A DNA stretch of 64,000 nt from a virus, in the IMG/VR virus record IMGVR_UViG_3300035698_019747, positions 32,001 through 96,000 of that record. One strand, given 5' to 3'. The notes beneath the pieces were generated by a model. The model was not told where the DNA came from. It saw only the letters and a program-made list of their open reading frames with translations, and ran no database searches. Within the stretch, counting starts at the first letter, position 1. Each line of letters starts with the position of its first letter. Both the position numbers and the translations under genes were made by a program. Of this stretch, positions 22,168 to 31,515 are shown in pieces.

Positions 22168-22256
22168 GGAGGTGCGCAAGGTTGGCGTGCTTATCGGTCT
22201 TGAAAACCGTGATGTCGGGTAAGACTGACGTGGAGGTTCGATCCCTCTCATCTCCG
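22168..22256 (+). tRNA. tRNA-Ser(TGA), CCA not encoded
   Basis: Acceptor GGAGGTG/CATCTCC, G73, CGGT-CT-TGA-AA-ACCG, long variable arm; atypical D-arm. Confidence 0.85.
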
Positions 22257-22260
22257 CAAA

Positions 22261-22349
22261 GGTGAAGTGACAGAGTGGTAATGTACCTGCTTGGAAAGCA
22301 GAGATCATCGGGTAAGACTGATGCGGGGGTTCGATTCCCTCTTTCACCG
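22261..22349 (+). tRNA. tRNA-Ser(GGA), CCA not encoded
   Basis: Acceptor GGTGAAG/TTTCACC, CTGC-TT-GGA-AA-GCAG, long variable arm. Confidence 0.9.
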
Positions 22350-22362
22350 CAAGTAAACAAAT

Positions 22363-22451
22363 GGAGGTGCGCAAGGCTGGCGTGCTTATCGGTCTCGAAA
22401 ACCGTGATGTCGGGTAAGACTGACGTGGAGGTTCAATCCCTCTCATCTCCG
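22363..22451 (+). tRNA. tRNA-Ser(CGA), CCA not encoded
   Basis: Near-identical copy of 22168-22256 with anticodon CGA. Confidence 0.85.
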
Positions 22452-22716
22452 CAACACAGTTTTTATAATAACTAAAAAAATATTAAAATATGAAAAATAT
22501 ATTCGGAACATATAATATAAAATCAGGGCAATCAGTGTACTTAGAGAAATATTTAAATATTAATTTTATTGAATATATAAAAGTTGATAAGTGTACATTT
22601 ATTTTTTTATGAATCAATCACAATCAGAATACGTACTGAGGATGCTATCACCATATATTGAGAGCAATGAATCTGAGGGGATAATAATAGGGTTATAATA
22701 ATATATATATATATAT

Positions 22717-23184
22717 CTAAGTCTCTTTAATAGGAACAAATAATGAAAAGTTATCATCATCCTCAAAATGGTTACAAGTATCTTGAAAAGTTATGCCAAA
22801 TTTTAACCGATCATATATAAAGTGCTCACCATCCCATGTTGCAATCTTTGCATTTCTATGCCTTCCCACATATGATGTGCCTATTTCCAATTCTTTTTTA
22901 GGAATAGCACCACATCTTATAAGTGCTGGTAATATATAATTTTGATAATCTACCCCCCTTAAGTTCAGTTGTGGGACATCATATATGGATTCAAATTTAA
23001 TATCTAAATCTTTCCAATATTCAATACATAGTTGTCTTTTCTCTTCTACTAAAAATGGCATTAAATCATTTTTTATAGATAAATAATAATCTTTATTATT
23101 AGGATCAGTTATAATCTCTTTAATTAAGTGCTCATACATTTCTTTATATGAATTAAAAGTTTGATTATTATATGTTTTCTCCAT
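22717..23184 (-). CDS. Hypothetical phage protein
   Basis: 155 aa ORF; GRHRNAKIATWDG..F.Y motif. Confidence 0.75.
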   Translation of the reverse strand: MEKTYNNQTFNSYKEMYEHLIKEIITDPNNKDYYLSIKNDLMPFLVEEKRQLCIEYWKDLDIKFESIYDVPQLNLRGVDYQNYILPALIRCGAIPKKELEIGTSYVGRHRNAKIATWDGEHFIYDRLKFGITFQDTCNHFEDDDNFSLFVPIKET

Positions 23185-23186
23185 TA

Positions 23187-23414
23187 CTATCTGTTTATAG
23201 AATTTATCTTTTTACCCGCAATAAATTTTACCTTTCCAAATGGATTAGTAGCGTCCAATTCTATTAAGTCACCACTTATAGAAAACTTAATAACAGATAC
23301 TCTAGTTTCGCATATATTCCAATATCAAATAAGTGGAACCATAGGTAGCTGATTTCGGAAAATAAAAGAGGCTAAAATTGATAGAAGCCCAATGAGCGTT
23401 AATACAATGTACAT
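23187..23414 (-). pseudogene. Small membrane-protein ORF interrupted by in-frame TGA at 23325-23327
   Basis: MYIVLTLIGLLSILAS...VPLI*YWNICETRV...SINR* fills the whole intergenic gap. Confidence 0.4.
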
Positions 23415-23505
23415 AATTTTTAAGTTTTAGATTATAAGACTACGAAATTAAAACAAAAAATCCAGATATAAAAATTTTATATATAAAAAAAGATTATTAT
23501 TATTT

Positions 23506-23763
23506 ATGCCTCTAATAGAAGATAAGGAAATAAAGGAACTATATGACCTTAAGCATCGCAACGATAATTATCCAAAAGGATACAACTATTTTGATAAAGT
23601 TCTTAAAAACTCAATCACACCCTTTTTATATAATAACCCAAATGTTAGTGGGTTTCTGTCCTATCTAGAACCCATGGTTGCTCATTTATTTGACAGGGTT
23701 AATTTGATTAGAAACTGGAAAAATTGGTATGTAGATAAGTATAAGAACGATCACATAAAATAA
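23506..23763 (+). CDS. Hypothetical protein
   Basis: ORF track. Confidence 0.7.
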   Translation: MPLIEDKEIKELYDLKHRNDNYPKGYNYFDKVLKNSITPFLYNNPNVSGFLSYLEPMVAHLFDRVNLIRNWKNWYVDKYKNDHIK

Positions 23764-23807
23764 ATAGGGAAATAATATTTAATATATAACTAAAATAAAC
23801 GTCTACA

Positions 23808-24506
23808 ATGGCTATAAAAAGTTGGAATAACTTTAATAAAAAAAATATTAACGAAGGTTTGAAAAGATTTAGTGATAATAAAAAAGTAAAAGGCAATAAT
23901 ACAACACCTAAAAAAGTTGCTAGAGGTAATGCTAGTGCTTCATCTGAATATGCAGATGATGTTAATCAAAACATATTAAAGAATAAAACAAATAAACCAT
24001 CTACCAGTAATGTTAGAAATTATTCCAGTAAAAAAGCAGAACAAACTATTAAAGATAAGTCTTTATATCCACCAGAAACAGAAGATAGAGGACTAGATAA
24101 TCTATCTGAAAGCAATGTTGAGATATATGGACGGGTTGCCAAATTCCCAGACGGTATTAAAGCATCTAAGGCATATAGTTGGGCACACAATTTACAAGAT
24201 CCCAAATTAGCAAAGAAAGATATTTGGTATTTAATGGTTGAGAAACAGGATAATGAATTACAGATGATTAAATATCATCAAAAAGAAGGTGTTAATTTAA
24301 CCAAGTTTATATATGATCTAAAAACTTATTATAATAGTAAGTATAGTAATAGTCCTAAAATAGTTGAGGCTGTTAATAAGATTAAACTAGGTGGTGATGA
24401 AGAAGGTAATATTTCTGCTATTTCCAATATACCTAATATTAAAGTAGAGGGGGATAAGAAACTGATACATAAAATCACCGAAGATTTAATAAAACTACTT
24501 AGTTAA
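23808..24506 (+). CDS. Hypothetical protein, probably virion-internal
   Basis: MAIKSWNNFNKKNINEG N-terminus; TAATATATA upstream. Confidence 0.7.
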   Translation: MAIKSWNNFNKKNINEGLKRFSDNKKVKGNNTTPKKVARGNASASSEYADDVNQNILKNKTNKPSTSNVRNYSSKKAEQTIKDKSLYPPETEDRGLDNLSESNVEIYGRVAKFPDGIKASKAYSWAHNLQDPKLAKKDIWYLMVEKQDNELQMIKYHQKEGVNLTKFIYDLKTYYNSKYSNSPKIVEAVNKIKLGGDEEGNISAISNIPNIKVEGDKKLIHKITEDLIKLLS

Positions 24507-24525
24507 AAAAAAATATTCCCCAAAA

Positions 24526-24855
24526 ATGAAGTATTTACAAATATTTGAAAAGTTCACATCTTTATCTGATGATGAGAAAATTCAACTCCATAAAATTGTT
24601 GATAAAATAAAAGAGGGATCTACTGATATGGTAACCACTAATAGCGAGGTTTCTAAACCAAGTGGTGTTAGAAAATTACAAGGACTTGGACAACCATTTG
24701 CATCAATAATACCTGGTAGCGTTTCCAAAGATAGTAAAATAATAACTGCGGAGGTAGAACACGGAATGGAGTATGAAAGTGGAAGAAAAGTGGAATTAAA
24801 GTCAACTATAACACTAGACACTAGTGATATGACTCACGATATCCAGAAAAAATAA
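24526..24855 (+). CDS. Hypothetical protein
   Basis: MKYLQIFEKF N-terminus. Confidence 0.7.
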   Translation: MKYLQIFEKFTSLSDDEKIQLHKIVDKIKEGSTDMVTTNSEVSKPSGVRKLQGLGQPFASIIPGSVSKDSKIITAEVEHGMEYESGRKVELKSTITLDTSDMTHDIQKK

Positions 24856-24908
24856 CAATTTATTAAATTATTTTTGTTATATTTGTTAATTAAATTGAAA
24901 AACATATT

Positions 24909-25463
24909 ATGAGAGTATTTAAGTTCGAATTAACTATCACAGAAGAAGATGTTAGAGGTGATGAGTTTTGGGAAGAAGCATTAATGCGCGATGGTACGGG
25001 CAAAGCCACTCTATCTGAAGCAATTATAGATGCTATTGAAGAGAGTAACCTTATATGTAACAGTATCAGAAAACCCATTGATATACTAGAACTTAAAGAA
25101 TATAGTATCGTAGAAGAGTATGAGTATAATTATAAATCATTACATTTAATATTTAAAGAATTACCCAAACTGGGATTTGGTGATCCAAAAGATTTCAAAG
25201 GGTCAAAAGAAGATTTATCTTTCGCACATGATATTCTAGAGACTTTAGGAAGTGGTGGGATAATCTTTAAAAGATCTGATTATTTAGAGGGTGGTGGTGA
25301 ACTGAATATAGACGAGTGGTTTGACCTAATTAAAAAAGAAGATACCTTTCAATCATGGATGTTAGCTAATTTCCCATTTCAAAATGGAGAATTTGTATTT
25401 AGTGCGGATATTGATGAATTAGAAAAAATCGCAACTAAATATATTAAATTATCTAAAATATGA
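24909..25463 (+). CDS. Hypothetical protein
   Basis: ORF track; TATATTTG box at 24878. Confidence 0.7.
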   Translation: MRVFKFELTITEEDVRGDEFWEEALMRDGTGKATLSEAIIDAIEESNLICNSIRKPIDILELKEYSIVEEYEYNYKSLHLIFKELPKLGFGDPKDFKGSKEDLSFAHDILETLGSGGIIFKRSDYLEGGGELNIDEWFDLIKKEDTFQSWMLANFPFQNGEFVFSADIDELEKIATKYIKLSKI

Positions 25464-25684
25464 AGGATGTTTTAAAAAATATAATTAAAACACAAGATAG
25501 TGATGGTCATTGGTATTGGATACCTGAAAAGTTATCTACTGATTTTATAAATGGTGTTGAAAAGATATCTGGAATTGAATATATGGATGATCCAGATGCA
25601 TTTGATTTATTTAGTGGAAAGTATGAACAATACCGAACACTTGGCGATCCTAATAATATACCACATTTTTTTAAAGACATTTAA
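25460..25684 (+). CDS. Hypothetical protein
   Basis: QDSDGHWYWIP motif; ATGA overlap with the upstream gene. Confidence 0.7.
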   Translation: MKDVLKNIIKTQDSDGHWYWIPEKLSTDFINGVEKISGIEYMDDPDAFDLFSGKYEQYRTLGDPNNIPHFFKDI

Positions 25685-25878
25685 TATGAAAGATAAAATA
25701 GTAGAATTTTTACAATGGTCTTTGTCAGTTGTTAATATTCAAATATATACCCACACACAGTTGGATAATCAACTTACTAAGTAGAGAGAAATATGTTCCG
25801 ATAAAATGGATGATTGGTATGAGTATAATAACTTAACAAAGTGTGGACATATAGTATTATATGTACCAAAACCATAAA

Positions 25879-26406
25879 TTATTTACTTTTTAAAATCATT
25901 GGTATTTCATATTCACCAATTTCAATTTTATAATTTTTTACAAATGAATCAAAGTATTCAATATCATCCCACTTATTTTCAGGGTTATCTTTAGAAATAC
26001 CAGATGAATGGAAAGTATATTCTGTAAAATCTGCATTGGGTTTAAATAAATAACCACAATCTCTAAAATATATTAATATATCACCAATACTTATATCACT
26101 TATACCATCTCGCTTAACAGGTGTTGATTTATTTTCATCTTTATAATTCTTAGGATAATTAAATCCTCTTACCCAAGTGCCACCCTCTCTAGCGACTACC
26201 TTTTCATCATATATAAAAATAGTTTCGGGTAAATCATCATGGAATCTATATATGTTTTTCACCTTTTTATATAAATCACCATTCAACTCCTTTCTTTTCT
26301 TATTTCTAAGCATTTTGAATTTCTGAATAAAATCTTTCCAGAAATTGAGTGAATTTGGGCGAACTAATGTTGATTCTGTTATGAACTCTGAAAATTTAAA
26401 AACCAT
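25879..26406 (-). CDS. Hypothetical protein, probably virion-internal
   Basis: MVFKFSEFITES N-terminus. Confidence 0.7.
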   Translation of the reverse strand: MVFKFSEFITESTLVRPNSLNFWKDFIQKFKMLRNKKRKELNGDLYKKVKNIYRFHDDLPETIFIYDEKVVAREGGTWVRGFNYPKNYKDENKSTPVKRDGISDISIGDILIYFRDCGYLFKPNADFTEYTFHSSGISKDNPENKWDDIEYFDSFVKNYKIEIGEYEIPMILKSK

Positions 26407-26464
26407 GATATAATATATTTTAGTATATATATTAAAATCATTTTTTGCTTTTAATATATATTAT

Positions 26465-26971
26465 ATGAGAAAATTAGCACTTATTTTATTATTACTATTT
26501 ATAACACCCAAATCATTTAATAATGGTATGGGCACAGAAAGTTCAGGTATATTTAATAATAATAGGGGAAGTAACTCTGATGTGTGGGTAACTGAGTGGA
26601 TACCATCAGATTCTGGGACACCTGACTATGCTAAGGGAAGGTTTTTTTATAGAACTGCTAGAAGTACATTTAAAGTGAATGTAGGGGGTGTTTACTACTA
26701 TAAATACTCAATGTATTTTATTTCGGAAAGTTACTATGAGTATTATGCATATACTGAGGGTGATATGTATATTGCGCCTACTAAAATAGATAACGCCACC
26801 ATATTTGTTAATGGACAAGCACAAATAAACGTATTAACACATACTTCGGATTTTTGGTTATTATTCAATGGTGATTTTATTAGTGGTGTCGGAGAACTCA
26901 GAGCAGTTTTTTATATGACTTCCTCAGAAGTATATATTGAACTATCTCATACAAACCCATATCCCTTTTAA
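26465..26971 (+). CDS. Secreted/periplasmic hypothetical protein
   Basis: Signal-peptide-like MRKLALILLLLF. Confidence 0.65.
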   Translation: MRKLALILLLLFITPKSFNNGMGTESSGIFNNNRGSNSDVWVTEWIPSDSGTPDYAKGRFFYRTARSTFKVNVGGVYYYKYSMYFISESYYEYYAYTEGDMYIAPTKIDNATIFVNGQAQINVLTHTSDFWLLFNGDFISGVGELRAVFYMTSSEVYIELSHTNPYPF

Positions 26972-26973
26972 TT

Positions 26974-27381
26974 ATGAATGAAAATGAAAAATATGATGGT
27001 GAATATAAAGTAGAGATATCCGATAAAGGTAGAATATCATTTGACCTTAACTGGAAATGGTTGCTAGGTATATCTATATCTATAATTGGGTTTGTATCAT
27101 ATCTTCTAATAGATGAATACTTCATAGAACCAATGGATAAACTAAAGAAAGAAAATATTGAGTTAAAATTAGACCTCAAAAATGAGAAGAGTCGAAGAGT
27201 AACCAAAGAAGAAGAATATGATAATATATTCAAGGTTCTTGATCAGACACAGAAACTGTTAGTATCTAAAACTGATATGACTTATAGTATAGTTATGAAG
27301 TTAGTCCCAGAGAATAATAGTGGGATGAATGTTAATAATATAATTCCCATATCTGGGAATGCTCCTGGATCTAGTGAATGA
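26974..27381 (+). CDS. Single-TM coiled-coil protein
   Basis: WLLGISISIIGFVSYLLI helix followed by a coiled coil. Confidence 0.65.
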   Translation: MNENEKYDGEYKVEISDKGRISFDLNWKWLLGISISIIGFVSYLLIDEYFIEPMDKLKKENIELKLDLKNEKSRRVTKEEEYDNIFKVLDQTQKLLVSKTDMTYSIVMKLVPENNSGMNVNNIIPISGNAPGSSE

Positions 27382-27522
27382 AAATATATATAATTAAGGG
27401 AAAAGATTTTTATTATATATATGTTAATTGATTCTTTAATGTCCTGTTATTTTTGAGTAACAGTTGAGAAATACCTAGTGTTTCAAAGATATTAGAATAA
27501 ATATAAAAATAAAATATCGATT

Positions 27523-28407
27523 ATGAAAATCCAGAAAGGAAACCCTAGTGCATTCATATGTACTAATGAAACAGAACGTCAAACAAGAGGACGTAAAAAA
27601 GTTTATGAGCCTAATTCTAAGGTATATTTAAACGACAATGATGAGTTTGAAATTGAACTATTCAACCCAACAACAAGTAACTTAAAAGCTGATATTAGTA
27701 TTGATGGTAAACCAATTGCTTCTGGTGGTATTGTTATACGCAGTGGTGAGAGAATGTATTTAAATTGTTTTCCAGATAGTAGAAAAAAATTTATTTTTAA
27801 AACTTATAAAGTAGAAAACAGCGAAGATGCAAAAAAGGCTATTTCAAATAATGGAAAAGTGGAAGTTAAATTTTACAAAGAAAAAGTTATTTCATTTCCT
27901 ATCATAACCACAACTGGTAATGCTATATGGAACAATTCTTATTATTATTATGATATATGGAACAATCCTAATAATTATGGTGGTACATGGTACAACACTA
28001 AATGTACTACTAATAATAATATTAATAGTACTTATAATAATACTAGCATGGGTTTGGGGATATCTAGTGGGTTTAAATCAAGTGATTTATCAAAATCACC
28101 TAATAGAAGCAAAAAATCTAAAAAATCTATTGAAACTGGACAAATAAGTGGTGGTGGTATATCTGATCAGACATTTATAACAGTTGATATGAAATTTGAT
28201 ACATATGTATATACATCATATATATTTACCATTCTACCTTATTCACAAAAACCTCTTGAAAGAAAGGATGTTATGATTACTAATAAACCTATAAAAAATA
28301 GCACAATCAGTAAATTAGATAAAATTAAACAAATCGCAGACTTATTAGAACAGGGTAATATAAATGCTGATGAATATGAAGTTCTGAAAGAAGAAATATT
28401 TAAATAA
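27523..28407 (+). CDS. Hypothetical protein with C-terminal SHOCT-like domain
   Basis: C-terminal KIKQIADLLEQGNINADEYEVLKEEI. Confidence 0.7.
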   Translation: MKIQKGNPSAFICTNETERQTRGRKKVYEPNSKVYLNDNDEFEIELFNPTTSNLKADISIDGKPIASGGIVIRSGERMYLNCFPDSRKKFIFKTYKVENSEDAKKAISNNGKVEVKFYKEKVISFPIITTTGNAIWNNSYYYYDIWNNPNNYGGTWYNTKCTTNNNINSTYNNTSMGLGISSGFKSSDLSKSPNRSKKSKKSIETGQISGGGISDQTFITVDMKFDTYVYTSYIFTILPYSQKPLERKDVMITNKPIKNSTISKLDKIKQIADLLEQGNINADEYEVLKEEIFK

Positions 28408-28411
28408 ATAA

Positions 28412-28450
28412 AAAGGGGGATTAAATAAATAATTATTTAATCCCCCTTTA
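28412..28450. terminator. Bidirectional terminator
   Basis: AAAGGGGGATTAAATAA...TTATTTAATCCCCCTTT between convergent genes. Confidence 0.8.
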
Positions 28451-28452
28451 TT

Positions 28453-29040
28453 TTATGGTATATATAGATTTGTTGGAGTATCCTTTTTTATTTCAACCGT
28501 GGGGAATTTATCTTTGAACCCCCGTGGGTCAAATGGTTTGACGATAATATGTCTACCACTTTTACTTGATATAAGTCCATATAGTTTACTACCCAATGGT
28601 TGTAAACCTTCTATATACGTAATTATTTCTAAAGCTAAATCCAAATTATCATCATCATTATCTAAATCTAAAATCCACTTATTTGTTTTCTCACTGCTAT
28701 ATTTACCACAACATGAACTGAAGCAACTCTTAATAGAATGGCTTTGACCACTATCAATTATTTTAGCAATTTCAATATTCATTTTCTTCGCCAAATTATC
28801 GTAGTTTCTTTTGTTCAATATGATAGTGGCTCTGGCATTATTAGAATCACATAATTTTATTATCTCTTCTTCTTTCTTTCTATAATATTCCATATTCCCC
28901 ACATAATATTCCTTAATAGTCTTTGAATGTGTGGGCATGTCAGGGTTATCTTTTCTTCTTTTAAGAATTTGAATAAAGTAGAATTCAGCTTCATCAGTAA
29001 ACTTTAAATATTCTTCAATTGTATTGAAATTATTTATCAT
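28453..29040 (-). CDS. Phage hypothetical protein (primase/ligase-like DxD...H motifs)
   Basis: FYFIQILKRRKDN, WILDLD, SKSGRHIIVKPF. Confidence 0.6.
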   Translation of the reverse strand: MINNFNTIEEYLKFTDEAEFYFIQILKRRKDNPDMPTHSKTIKEYYVGNMEYYRKKEEEIIKLCDSNNARATIILNKRNYDNLAKKMNIEIAKIIDSGQSHSIKSCFSSCCGKYSSEKTNKWILDLDNDDDNLDLALEIITYIEGLQPLGSKLYGLISSKSGRHIIVKPFDPRGFKDKFPTVEIKKDTPTNLYIP

Positions 29041-29046
29041 AATTAA

Positions 29047-29757
29047 TTATCTAATAATTTTTTTAATATCATTTGGATTCCACCACTTTGGTAAGAATCT
29101 GGGCTTAGCATATTCGATGAAATGAGATTTCCAAAGTCTTATCAAACTCTCAACACCCTCACGCTCTACCACTAATTTAGTTAAATTAAGAATTTCTAAA
29201 TCATTAATACCATTTATTCTAAATTTCTTAATAGTTTCACTTATATTATATAAATTTTTAGCAGGTATGGAATCCATGTGGTTTCTTAATATCCTAACAT
29301 TCTTCTCATAGCTATAGATGTTCCTATTATTTTCTATCTCGGCACTTGATATATGTTTGTCTAATAGATCCTTCTTCAAGTCATCTGCAAACCTCTCATA
29401 TATACTATGTTCCCCTTCCGTTAATAAAACTAAATCTGTTGAGTTTTTATCTTTATATTTAATTGGAAATAATTTTCTATACATATAAGGAACTACGTGA
29501 TGCTTAGTTAAATTATCTTTACTACCACTGACTACACACATATTTCTTCGTTGATTAAGGTATTTAATAGGCTCACCTTCCCCACCGGGTACAAAAGTCA
29601 ATTGATACTTTTTATGACCTATCTTTTCAGCTAAGCCTTTATTGAGGTACCAATCAACTCTCTTCATCTTACAATAGAACATGAGGTTACCATTGGGATG
29701 GTAAACCTCATTGTTCTCATATAAATTAGATTTTAATATTTTATCGTCATCATCCAT
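29047..29757 (-). CDS. HNH-like nuclease related to the C-terminal domain of eukaryotic EXD2
   Basis: LYEN...C...VDWYLNKGLA...NMCVVSG...HHVVPYMYRKLFP...NSTDLVLL...H; start moved to ATG 29757. Confidence 0.7.
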   Translation of the reverse strand: MDDDDKILKSNLYENNEVYHPNGNLMFYCKMKRVDWYLNKGLAEKIGHKKYQLTFVPGGEGEPIKYLNQRRNMCVVSGSKDNLTKHHVVPYMYRKLFPIKYKDKNSTDLVLLTEGEHSIYERFADDLKKDLLDKHISSAEIENNRNIYSYEKNVRILRNHMDSIPAKNLYNISETIKKFRINGINDLEILNLTKLVVEREGVESLIRLWKSHFIEYAKPRFLPKWWNPNDIKKIIR

Positions 29758-30658
29758 TTTCTTGACACATTTCCAGAATTTTATCAATATTATCTTTACG
29801 TATTTTATAAATAGTTAGATTTTTTATTTTATCACTTTCACGTTTTATTGTCACGCAGTCTTCCCCAACAAAGCTTCTCATATAAGTTTTAAACACCTCA
29901 TAGCTATCAAATATGGGATCTTGTACCATTTTTGATATTCTATCAATGAAAACACGTGATGAAAACCCATACCCAAATCTAGGTAACATATCTAGTTGAG
30001 TCTTATCTAGACTAGTACTTCTATACCTAATACGGCCAATAAATTTTTCCAACCTTTTAAGATTAGTTACAGAAGCCTCATTAATATCCTTTCCATCTAA
30101 AATTATTTTAACAACATTACTGAAACGAATACTATGTCCAATTATACCATCAAGTGTTTCAATTATTTCATTAAATGGAGCATCATCTAAATCAACACGT
30201 TCATTTACTAGGTCAGTTATTCCCTTATAATGCCTTTTAACTAAGCTACCCTTCTTTGTGATATAGTGATAAGCGTTATCACAAAATGATATACCATAAC
30301 TCATGTTAAGTGCGCGACTCTTATCAGAACTATTTAATAGGTAAAATACTTTACGGAATTTCTCATCACTCACACAAATCTCTTCAGAGTATAATCGGAT
30401 TTCTTGAAGACCCCCGATAATATATATGTCATAACTAGCAATCTCAAATTTTTCTGAAATTTCATTAATACACTTGGTGATAAATGGCTTAAAGTCAAAA
30501 ATCTCATAGCGATCCGAAACTACTTTACGAGCTACCTGTTTTTTATCATAATAAGTAACAACTTCACCCCCCTCTTTTCGAATTTCAATATTATTAAGAT
30601 ATCCAATAACTTCTTCGTAGTTAAATACTTGGTTAATTTTTCTTACTTTATGATACAT
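29750..30658 (-). CDS. DUF932-like protein
   Basis: VSDRYEIF and YLLNSSDKSRAL...G...C motifs. Confidence 0.5.
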   Translation of the reverse strand: MYHKVRKINQVFNYEEVIGYLNNIEIRKEGGEVVTYYDKKQVARKVVSDRYEIFDFKPFITKCINEISEKFEIASYDIYIIGGLQEIRLYSEEICVSDEKFRKVFYLLNSSDKSRALNMSYGISFCDNAYHYITKKGSLVKRHYKGITDLVNERVDLDDAPFNEIIETLDGIIGHSIRFSNVVKIILDGKDINEASVTNLKRLEKFIGRIRYRSTSLDKTQLDMLPRFGYGFSSRVFIDRISKMVQDPIFDSYEVFKTYMRSFVGEDCVTIKRESDKIKNLTIYKIRKDNIDKILEMCQENG

Positions 30659-31032
30659 ATGTATGATTTTTATTAGAGTACAAATATATACAAAAAAAAA
30701 CTACTCTACCTAAATTTTTGTAATTCTTTAATTATTCTCATCAAGGTCGTTAACTATATTTAAAAATTCGTATTCTGGTAAATTGTTTTCCGATACGACA
30801 TACCACGTAAAAATATCATCACCACCCCAATATGAATTAAGTACTTTATCATTCAAGTTATTTTCTTTTAGAAATTCAAAAATAAGTATAGGTGTGTTCC
30901 TATCATCATCAACCCATACCCTCCATTATAGCATCTAAACACGCATGGTATACCAATATAGAATTAATCTCAACTTTATGAAAGTTTAAATATTTTTGTA
31001 ATAATATTCTAGCTTCTTCCATTTATACATAT

Positions 31033-31212
31033 TTAATTAACTTCATATTTATCTGACTTACCATTTAAAACATCATCTAATGATCCACCATTATTTAAAT
31101 ATTTCTGGAACTCCTCTGAAATTAGAGGTTCATTTACTTGAAAGACTTCACTCGCTACTTTAAAGGTACTTTCAATTAATTTAAAACCCTTTATAATAAT
31201 ATTATCACTCAT
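31033..31212 (-). CDS. Small hypothetical protein (59 aa), not in the ORF track
   Basis: MSDNIIIKGFKLIESTF...KYEVN*; ATGA overlap with the upstream gene. Confidence 0.6.
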   Translation of the reverse strand: MSDNIIIKGFKLIESTFKVASEVFQVNEPLISEEFQKYLNNGGSLDDVLNGKSDKYEVN

Positions 31213-31499
31213 AACCCAAGTGCACTCAATTCATCACCAGATAGTTTAGATAAAGCACTTTTTCTATGATATTCAGTATCTTTAATCACATCTAATACTT
31301 TTATAGGAGTCCCATCACCTTCCCACCCAACATCAACACTACCATATTGCACATAACCATCTTTATCTTTTTCTAAAAATGATAAATAAATATTATGATC
31401 CGTATTTATTGTCATGCCATATTTTTCTTGAATGACTATTAAATCCTTTATGAATTCATTTGATTTAATTATCGCTTCATTTTTAGTATATTTCTTCAT
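31209..31499 (-). CDS. Hypothetical protein
   Basis: Start moved to ATG 31499 (MKKYTKNE); C-terminal RKSALSKLSGDELSALGL. Confidence 0.7.
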   Translation of the reverse strand: MKKYTKNEAIIKSNEFIKDLIVIQEKYGMTINTDHNIYLSFLEKDKDGYVQYGSVDVGWEGDGTPIKVLDVIKDTEYHRKSALSKLSGDELSALGL

Positions 31500-31515
31500 A
31501 TATGTTATTAATAAA

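Larger units (their letters stand above)
22066..22451 (+). repeat. Tandem duplication (period 195 bp) of a two-tRNA unit
   Basis: 22066-22256 vs 22261-22451, identical internal spacer CAAGTAAACAAAT. Confidence 0.9.

Noticed and set aside
22168-22256. tRNA-Sec or opal suppressor
   Set aside because: The anticodon is TGA (reads TCA, Ser), not TCA; the acceptor stem is 7 bp
22066-22451. Repeated TCGGGTAAGACTGA units as a CRISPR array for the orphan Cas3
   Set aside because: They are tRNA variable arms inside cloverleaves; no repeat-spacer array was seen anywhere in the window
22052-22475. ORF-track proteins with internal repeats (22052-22360, 22080-22265, 22099-22446, 22275-22475)
   Set aside because: Spurious translations of the GC-rich duplicated tRNA genes
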